Source of the DNA: Lama glama
Taxonomy: Eukaryota
Assembly: GCA_028534125.1 (NCBI GenBank)
Contig: CM052817.1
Span: forward strand, 52,578,001 to 52,642,000
DNA length: 64,000 nucleotides
Direction of reading: 5' to 3'
In this document: positions 54,524-64,000 of the stretch, one piece after another
Numbering within the stretch: the stretch's first letter is position 1
Layout: each line of letters starts with the position of its first letter
Notes under the pieces: model-generated
Databases searched by the model: none
What the model saw: the letters and a program-made list of their open reading frames with translations, nothing else
What the model was told of the DNA's origin: nothing
Made by a program: the position numbers and the translations under genes

Positions 54524-56929
54524 ACTTGACCCAAAGTGCAAAGAAATCTTTAAGAATAATAAAGGAAAAAAAGTAGTACTTTTATGTATAACTACAGGTC
54601 TACTTATTTCTTTTGCCAAAATTGTGAATGATTTGGAAGTTTGGATGTTATTTCTCAGGCATGATAGGAATAACTTTTCCACTAAAGTCTCACTCAGCTT
54701 TCACCATTTGATATTTTTCTCTGAATACTCCTGAACATGTCTTCACATCCTCAGCAAAAACCAGAATCTACTTCTCTCTGCTTCACTGTGTTCCTATTTC
54801 TTACTTTTATCCGTGTGTATCACATTCTATCATTTTTTCATCACTTTTCATAGGTTATGAGCTCCTTGGCCCTAAAAAGTTTGCCTTTTAGTGTTTTAGA
54901 TTCATTTCCACAGTATATCTGGATCATTGTGGGTAATCTGATGTGTATGTATGTGTGTATATATATATATATACACACACACGAGGACAATATGACTGTC
55001 CAATGATGAAGCCAAAATGTATAGAGGAATATGAAAGAACTGACCAGAGTAAACATAATATTTTAAAGTATATGTATTTCAAAAGATAAAATAATGGAGT
55101 ATTTGAAATGAAATTGGTTGCTACTAAATAATATCAGCAAAATATATTTAATAAGATAAATTTCTGTTTATCAAACTTAAGAGGAAAATTTAAAGCATCT
55201 TCTGAAGTCACTACACTTCTAAGGGTGCAAAGCAAAATGACTGGGTGAAATGGCATAAGCCCAGATCTCTCATTGAACTCTCACACATAATTATAGAAAT
55301 GGTTAAGAATATACAAATAGCACAAGTCCTCCAATAATACTGACAGATAAGAAAGAGTGCTACTCATTTTAGAGACACTTCAGGAATTTCTCTTTCAAAC
55401 AGTTCAGATATGATAAGAATTTAAAAACTAGTTTCAGGGCTAACTTGTCATTTACTGTTATTAAAGGATTCTTTCATTATTTTCATGGAAAATAACTTTG
55501 GAGAACTCAGCGCCTCCTTCAAAGAGTGGCATTTGAGAACTTCCTTCCATTAGTGATATGAAATAAAACAATTTGGAATGATGGAATACCTTAATCTCTT
55601 CTTCTTATTGAGTTGCCTTTGTGTTTCTTACACAAATTTTTAAACTCAATTTTTAGTTTCCTTTTGATTATTTTGTTCCTGTCAACAAAGTCCTAAATTG
55701 AATGTGATTGTCTTTTGACATGACTTCTGCTCTCTTTGGACCAAAGGCTATACAATGAGAAAATATCCAAGTAAAGTATGATTTGATTGTTCTTGCAAAT
55801 GTTTATCCTCTGAAAGCCTGCTTTCATCTTTTACTGTTGTCACGGTTGCTGCCTCACTGTAATTCATTAGACTAGTGAATTACCCACGGCCCCACTTTAT
55901 ACCTCAGAGACAGACTTAATACTGTGCCATTGAACTGAAGTTGATTCTGCTCTCTGGGGGAAATTCTCTTCTTCATTGTTTCCTTGAAACTTGATTCCAC
56001 TGTTTAAGTGGTTCTTCCTTATCTATTTTTCTCCATGACAATACCTTAGGCAGGGGCTGAAGTGTATAAATCATTCATGGATCTCTTCCGGTTGCTACAT
56101 GTTTGGAGATCTGTAAGATTTTTTAAAAGGCTCATATTATAAAACACACATAATCTATGACAATATAATTGCTTCAAAAACTTGATATCCTTCTGATCAA
56201 TTTTCTTTCATTAGTTCCATATGTCAGTAACTACAACATTTATCTTGTAACATAATTCTCAGGACTGACAAATTTCTTTCCTTACTTAGCCCTATGCCTC
56301 TCTTCTAATTTAATAGTGGCTATCTTGAGGCCATCAGGGTTTAAAAAACAATTAAACAATCAGCTTAGGCTAAGATCAATAGTTACCATATCCAACCATA
56401 AAGTAATGCAGGAGACTGTTTTACCAAATATTGCTCTACTGCTTAAAATGTGATTTGATTTTCAATGTCCAATAGAGTTCTATGACACCACTCTTTAGGA
56501 CAACACATATTTCAGTGTTTCATAAGATCTGCACCTAATTTCTTGAACTCACTTTTATGTCACTCAGCTTAGACTAAATCATAATACTCTAGGTTCCCAA
56601 AATATGAATGGTTTATAACAACACAGATTTATACCTCACATGTTTTTTTCTAATATCTTATTGAACACAGCTATTAATAAGCAAAAATACAATGAAAATT
56701 CTTGCCCAAATTCTTCTCCAGAGTTATAGACTCAGTATGTTTGTGGTAACAATTACACTTAGAATCAATCTGTGTAGCAATTAATTTTTTTGCCACCCTG
56801 TCACATAATTCTCTAGTTTTCTAGCTTTCAATATCATATTCCTTGCTGCTCACAATATCTGCTAAGTAACTGCCTAATGTTTTAGGATATTTTACATGAC
56901 AGAACACAAATTTTGGCACCAATGTTTGT

Positions 56930-57330
56930 TTAAAGTAGTGATAGCTTCTGTATAAAAAAAGCTCCAAAATATTTATTGATATAACAAATCAGAAATATAT
57001 GCCTCTCACACATGTGGCATGGTGGGCACCCTTCCACATTTGATTTGGGAATAAGTCTCTTTCCATCTTGTTGCTCCACCATATTTGATCCATGGCTTCT
57101 AAAACTGCCAGGGAAGGGAAAAATACTCCCATTTTTAAATTACGATATCCAATAAATGACACCAATTTACTAACATTCCATTGCTGAGATTTAATCACAT
57201 GCCCCACCTATTGCAAAGGTGACAGACCAATTTTTTTTTTTTTTGGCTGTTTGATGATAAATCTACATTAAGGGAAAGAAATAGGTTTTTCTGAATCTAT
57301 GATGAGTGGACAGTATCTATCTCTGACATA
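56930..57330 (-). mobile_element. Old MLT1 (J/K-like) LTR remnant
   Basis: ttccatcttgttgctccaccat...acattccattg...tcacatgccccacct. Confidence 0.6.
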
Positions 57331-58699
57331 CAAAAGAAAAAGTACAATTAATCTACTGGTATTTATATTCATATTTATATTACTGACTGATTCAATTCCA
57401 TTTCAAGGTAATACAAATTCATTTAGAGTTTTCTACATCCAGGAAATTTTTTTTTAATGGAAGATAATTAAGCCCATTTAAATGAGAAGAAAATTTTCCC
57501 CTAGATCAAAACTTCTTAAAACAATAGCAAAAAGTTCAAAACTAATCTCCATCAAAAATGCTAGACAATAGTAGTTAATGTTCACTTTACTGTCTATCTG
57601 AAATAACATTCAGTAATAGGTTAAACATCAAGATAATTTAAAATTTGATATTTACCCATTAGCTCAGTGAAGTTTATTTATCTAAAAAGGTTTTAGAGCT
57701 TCCTCCATTTATTGAGCACTTTAGCACCAATTATTCACAGGCGGCTTTTGATAATAATTGTTTTCTGCCACATATGGAAATTAGGAAATTCTGGCTTAGA
57801 GATTAAAGCAAGTTCACAGAATAATTCAGCTACTAAGTAGTAGAGCCTAAATTTTAATAAAAGTTTTTGTAACATTAATGCATTATTTTCTTCACTATAC
57901 CATGTTTCAGTATAAAATATACTTAACTAAATTGCAATTGCATCAAATAGTATAATTTGGAAGCACAATAAATGTCCTCTATTAATAAATTCTATGTTAA
58001 AGAGATAGTTACTCTTATAAAAATTTTTGAAAAATTGATTTTCATGCAACATTACTGTATACTTAATGCTCTTTAAAAAGCAGTAAATTGTTCAGATATT
58101 TCTGTCATATACATTAACAATAATCAGGTACTTCTTATCACAAGGAATTATAAAGAAATACTAAAATAGCTCAAAGTCCTCTAAATTTCATGAGACTTAT
58201 CATTCTCAAATCTCTTATTGGTCATATATTTAAAATAGAACAATGAAAGTGAAGTAAGATTTATTAGCTTCAGGAAGGTAGAGAATTATGTTCTGAGTTC
58301 TTTGTTGCACTACACATACTTACTGAAATAAGATGGACAGAATTACTTTATTAAATATGAACAGAGCAAGTGAAGCAAATTAAGTATTGCATGCAGAAAC
58401 AAAAGTCTTGATTCACAATATAAATGGGGTTTTAACTAGACAAGTGAAACTTGGAAATGTGAAACTGCACGTGACTAAAATTTTCTATAAAAGGTCTTTC
58501 ACGTTTTATTCCTTCCCTGAATTGAGAATAGACTTTTGCTCTGGAGCATCATTAAAAAGAAACTAAAATCTTTTAAACCAGTACTTATGCTCCTCCAAAG
58601 GTTTTTATGGTTTGGTGATTGTGAAATATGCATTAAACCATTAAATCAGGTAAGAAGCTAACATGCATACTCATCTTGACAATTTAACACACATTTGCT

Positions 58700-59210
58700 T
58701 GAAAACACTTATCTTTAAATCATAAGGATATCACTATTGCTCATTCTAAGTCTTATATTTGCATTGTCTTGCCCTTCTAAATTTTCCAACTCTTATTATT
58801 ATCTCTATCTTCATAATTTTTATTCACTCTTTCATGGTTAAATTAATCTACATTCATGCCCTCAACTGGGATGATTTTATGCATATAAATTACATATTTC
58901 TTCAACCTAGAGTTTGTTCATGTCCTCAGATTTGTATCTCCAACGGCTTCCGATACAATTTCTGTTCTGATATTCTATAAGCTCCACAGACTCAATGTGT
59001 CAAAAATTTAACTCAACTTTCTCCCTCAAATCCCCTCTTTCCCCAGAATCCCTACTGTCAGTGAATGGAGTACTTCAAATCTGAAATTAGTATTATTTCT
59101 CAATTTATTTTTAGAACCCCTTTTATTCAACCTGAATTCAGGTTTTATTGAATATTACTGTTGATTTTTTGTCTTAATATTTTAATCCTTTTTTTTTTCT
59201 GGTTCTCAGA
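58700..59210 (+). mobile_element. L2 remnant
   Basis: agactcaatgtgtcaaaaatttaactc...tcagtgaatgg. Confidence 0.5.
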
Positions 59211-59324
59211 ACCAAATGGCATTTATCATAGACCTCTGCACTCCTCAAACATGTACAAGATCAATCAAATCCAAGAATCTCATCTTGAAAGTTTGTTTCC
59301 TGGGACCATTTCCAGTACCAATTA

Positions 59325-59780
59325 CTCAATCAATTAGAGGACTGCAATGAAACACACTGCATATTCAAAGTGAGTGATTTTACAAGATTTTAATAATGAG
59401 ACCATTCACAAAAGTGTAGATGTACAAAGACAAACAAAAAAAATAAATAGCAGAGTCACCCCAAAGCCAGAAATAGCAGATGGTACTACTCCTTCTGTGC
59501 CTGAGAAGAAGAGTGGAGTAAGAGAGAATCAGAACCTAAACAATGAGAGAATTTTGTGTTAAAGTTTTCCTGACAAGAGCTGTGACTTATGATTGAAGGA
59601 TGTAGAAAAGTCATTGAGCCTCCCCAGAAAGAAAATGTAAGGAATAGACACTTCTGCTTTGGCTTCCATTGGCTGAAGGAGAAACTATCGAATAAAGAAA
59701 CCCATTGATTCAAGTCAGATTCCCAGGCCACACAAAAGGATAAAGCAGGATGAAAAGTTATCTGAAGGAAGTCACAGATG
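59325..59780 (-). mobile_element. Possible ancient LTR remnant
   Basis: caagagctgtgactt, cttccattggctgaa and aacccattga recall old eutherian LTRs. Termini not defined. Confidence 0.35.
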
Positions 59781-60429
59781 ACTGACAATACAATTTTTTT
59801 ATTCCCACTGGAGAGAGACTTCTTCATGCTTTCCAGTAGGATTTCAATTATTGGCATACCAGACTTTACTTATTCTCTTATAAAAAAGGGAAACTCATTG
59901 TTTTCCCATTATTTGCTGCTTCACCATTGTATAGTATCTGTTACTAAAGGTGGGGACAAATAACCTGTTTTAATTCTTAGTTTGTCAAAGTACAGAAAGC
60001 CAATTGTAGAGTAATGGAAAAGACAGACTACCATTAAGAATTCTTGGATGCTGACTGACTTTGGGCTATCTCCTTTGGGAATAGAATAACAGGATTATAT
60101 CTTTGAAAATAAGACTGATACGGGTTTCACTTTGCTTTAATTTTTATTACTAATAATGATATTGATATATTACTTTATGTTTTAAAGAGTTTCTGAGATT
60201 AGGCTTCTAATTTAAACTAGCAATTCTTAAAATTAGTTCTTAATGTGTTATAAAGTAAGTGACTTCAAATAAGAGAAGAAACATAATTTAGTGTGTGGTT
60301 TGAGGAGAACTGCAAGGCTGTTTGAAAAAACAAAAAATAATCTACACTTGACCATACAATAAAACACATGTACAGAAAGATTTAAAAGCTAAATATTTAA
60401 ATAAATTTATAGAAAGCTAGAAGAAAATG

Positions 60430-61200
60430 GGTATTATATCTGTGTGGAGGTAATAGGTATTATACAAGTATATGTTTTTTCTATAAAAATTGAAAGCAAA
60501 AAATCTATTTATAAAATAATTGGCTAAAATATGAACCACATAGATATAATTATCTTTTAAAAGAATGTGTTTAAATGTATCTAATAGATAAACTGCAAAA
60601 CAATATGACAAAATTCTAACATAGGTGGGAATGCAAATTTTAAACTAATTCATGACAACTGATGTTTTGGCTTACAAAGGCAAACAAAAAGAGTATATAT
60701 ATGAGAATTTCCTAAAACCAACAAATCTTTTTTTCATAATAAACCTTCACTGTTGATAAGATTATGGAAATTTGACAATTTGTATACTCCTAGTGGCAAT
60801 GTAAATCACTACTTTACTCCTTTGATCAATCAGTGTGTCAAATGACTCAAAAGTCACGAAAATGCTCATATTTTTCCAACCTACAATTCAAAGAGGTAAG
60901 AATTCATTCTAGCAAAACAATTTACCAGAGGGAAAGATATTCACAAGACAGTTCATCATATGGTAACATAATATTGAGAATAATCTAAATGCTGGACAAG
61001 AAAATGATGGTTGTTACTATCACTACAATGAAACATCTTTTTATTCAAAATATAATTATAAAGATGATATATGTGCCATGGAATATGCTATAATATGCTA
61101 ATTATAATTGTTTATATCATATTGATTAATTAAGTTATAAAACTGAATAATCTATTTTGAGCTAAATGGAACAGAAGTATTCAGAGTTGACAGAAAAAAT
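60430..61200 (+). mobile_element. L1ME-like ORF2 end and 3'UTR remnant
   Basis: tatactcctagtggcaatgtaaat, caacctacaattc, taatctaaatg. Confidence 0.55.
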
Positions 61201-62379
61201 TGATCATTTTTTCTTTTATTGAGATATTTTACAAAAAGAAAATGTTTCTTAGTTCTCTTTTCTGTACTAGCTCCCTATTCCAACAATCCATGGGATTTGA
61301 CAGGAGCAGAGCAATATGAAAACTACACAAAGAATAATACATTAGAGAAGGAGAAAAAATATTGCATACTGAAGTTATGTGAGTAAATGCACCGTATTTC
61401 TCTAGTACTTTCCTTCTTTTGTGTATTTATCTGTAATGTTCTATATACAGACTCTTATTGAAATCCTACCTTCCAAAATGTAGCCATATTCTCCATGTAA
61501 TTCTCAGCTCCTTGCAGAAAAGAGGTCTGCAAACAATAAAGACTGTAAAATAAACAGAGTAGAAATAAATCAATTTTAGCTATATTTTCAAAAGCAGCAG
61601 GTACAATCTTTTATAAATTACTATGACCCCAGACAGTAAACCATGTAATAATAGAAACAGCTAGCAATTTTGGTCAGGGAATATCTTTTAAAATATACAG
61701 CTGTGTGAACTCAGTATTTTTATTTGATAGCTGATGAAAGTTCTATTTCTTCCACTTATGTCTTGTTTCTTCATTATTGATTGTTTCAGAAGTGTCATGC
61801 CAGTTAATGTTCTATTTTTTGAGGGGTTATTCTTTCATAAATGTATCTTTAAGAAACTTGGCATATACTGTAACAGCTATGTGTTACTCATTTCAACAAA
61901 CATGTTATTTTGAACTTTGGTGGTAGTATTAGTGAAAATATACTTTACGCTGCTTAATGCTATTAGATAAACATTAAAATGCTCTTTTCATAATTGATGA
62001 AATACAGACATGCCTGACATCTACAAAAGAACCATGGTTAATGTTTCTTTTTCCTACTTAAGTTGAAAATCAGGCTCAGCTGTGGTCCCATAATGCCACT
62101 ATTAAAAGGGAGAGATTTCTTAATATTTCTATTTCACTGACCCTATTTTTCAGGACACTCAATACTCTTGCCATTAAGGAAAAATGTCATATTCATTTAA
62201 TTATTAGGAGGGGTCATATTATATGGTAATTTCTGCCAATATCTTTAGTGTTTGATTTAATTCAGAGTCTTATGAAGCAGTCATGGCAACAGCCACAACA
62301 GCCTTCCTGGAAATAGATTAAATAGTTTACTTCTTTCTATCAGTTGGACAATTAGTACAGTCCATATGTTCACAGATAT

Positions 62380-62900
62380 TGTAATAGAAAAGAATAAATC
62401 TGAGTCCTATTAAATCTGTTCCTTTGACTTTGTGCTTTGTTTCCCAGGCTTAGTCTTCCTGGCTCTGTAACTTTTGTAAAAGAATGTTGCCTATAGTCTG
62501 AAATATACAGGATAGCTTATTTTCAAGGCTCTAATCTTTAAAGATATTAACACTTTTCCATTCATATAAAGATAATATTGCAGAAAAAATAACAATTGTT
62601 TTGTTGGAGTTTTACAGGGACACCATGACCTGACCCATGTGGACAGCTGCAAGAACAAAGGATTTCAAGAACAAAGAATTCCTACACTGAGAAGTTTGCA
62701 ACAACCAAGCATACCCCTTTTTAGTATAAAAGGAGCCTGAATTCTGACTTGAGAAAGATGGTTCTCCAGGACATTAGTTTGCCATCTTCTCGGTCTGCCA
62801 GCTTTCCAAATAAAGTCTCTCTACTCCTTGCCCCAACACCTCATCTCCCGATTTATTGGTCTGTTGTGTGGTGAACAGAACAAGTTTGGACTCGGTAACA
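62380..62900 (+). mobile_element. ERV1-class solo LTR (521 bp), MER34/39-related
   Basis: tgtaat...ggtaaca termini. Flanks atat and gtat (3/4 match). TATAAAA at 62725-62731, AATAAA at 62809-62814. Confidence 0.85.
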
Positions 62901-63629
62901 GTATCTTCCAACAGACATGATGCATTTTCTAACATGCTCCCACTGAAGAAAAAGTTATTTATGTTAGGGCTTTTTTTGATACAAATACTTCATTTAGTTG
63001 TGATCAGTCCTGACTATTGTGTTACACATTCATTTGTTAATACCCATTTGCAATTTCCTGTGAATAGATAACTGGGAACAGAGCACTGAGAAATTAATAA
63101 TAATTATACTTCAAATTTATTTGATATTTTACAATTTTCAAAGCACTTGAACAAATCTATGCCCTTAGAAAATTACATCACATGTGTTAAGCCCATTTCT
63201 CAGATAATTAAACTGCATTTGCCTAATCCAACATATTATTCCTAAGGATAAGCAGAGCCATAGATGTGATGCTACTCTCCTCTTCCAAGATGGGTTATGT
63301 TTCTGAGATACATACAACCTGCTAGAGATGCTGGAACAGAGGAAATGGTGAGATAATTTTTAATAGCTTCAATAAAGCAACTATGGTTAAAAGCAATACT
63401 TAAACAAGCTTTACAACAGTTAGTGAAAATGAGAGCACCAAATTCATGAGATTAAATAAGATAAGTACTTTCTCACTAAAAGTTCTGTTGCTTACTGTCA
63501 GGCCTAAGTTTATGAACAGATCATCCTTTCCTTCATTCACATCCATAACTACCTGTATTTGCCTCATTACAGTTGTCCTTTTTAAAATCTTTATTTGAAT
63601 AGGTATTTGATTAAAATTTTGCTAACCAA

Positions 63630-63750
63630 ACAGATTTTAAGCTTGAGGGCAAAGATAATGACTGTTCCACTGACGATTTATTCCTAGCACATGGCATAAT
63701 TTATGTATGTTAGATGAACATCAAAACTTATGTTGAATGAATTAATCAAT
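63630..63750 (+). mobile_element. L2 3' end
   Basis: aagcttgagggcaaag...cctagcacatgg...tgttgaatgaattaat. Confidence 0.6.
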
Positions 63751-64000
63751 TGGTAGCAAATAAATGTCATGAGACTGCCATTGTCATTTTAACTTTTTTA
63801 TTTCTACTAATACAAATATACTCTAATTTATAAGAATAATCAAAGAACCTGAAGTTTTCCTAGAATATACATCATTATGCCATCAGAGACCAGCATAACC
63901 ATGAGATTACCTAAGTGACTCTATAAATTCTAGAGCTAACAATAACTTTGATTTTAGGCCTAAATTCTATTTCAAATTTACTTAGCTGGAGATAACTTAA

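Noticed and set aside
1..64000. A novel multi-gene biological system
   Set aside because: No intact genes, ordered arrays or unexplained long ORFs; transposable elements account for the visible structure.

Overview
AT-rich, CpG-poor mammalian DNA, most likely intergenic or deep-intronic. I found no host protein-coding exon, structural RNA gene or CpG island that I can support. A Vic-1-type tRNA-derived SINE (~34980-35134) points to a camelid genome. The window is a layered record of transposable elements. The old layer is L2, MIR, hAT-Charlie, MaLR/ERVL LTRs and L1M fragments. The younger layer is a ~5.9 kb inactive cetartiodactyl-type L1 on the minus strand (41985-47879), interrupted by a 916-bp ERVK-like solo LTR and cut off by an exactly 500-N scaffold gap. 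There are also four complete ERV1-type solo LTRs with readable 4-bp target-site duplications (TSDs) and two partial LTRs. The only ORFs with recognisable homology are broken L1 ORF1/ORF2 pieces. I found no convincing previously undescribed biological system; the best leads are the LTR structures and a few repeat-poor candidate regulatory segments. Family names come from my recollection of consensus sequences and need RepeatMasker/Dfam confirmation. Boundaries of the old repeats are approximate.
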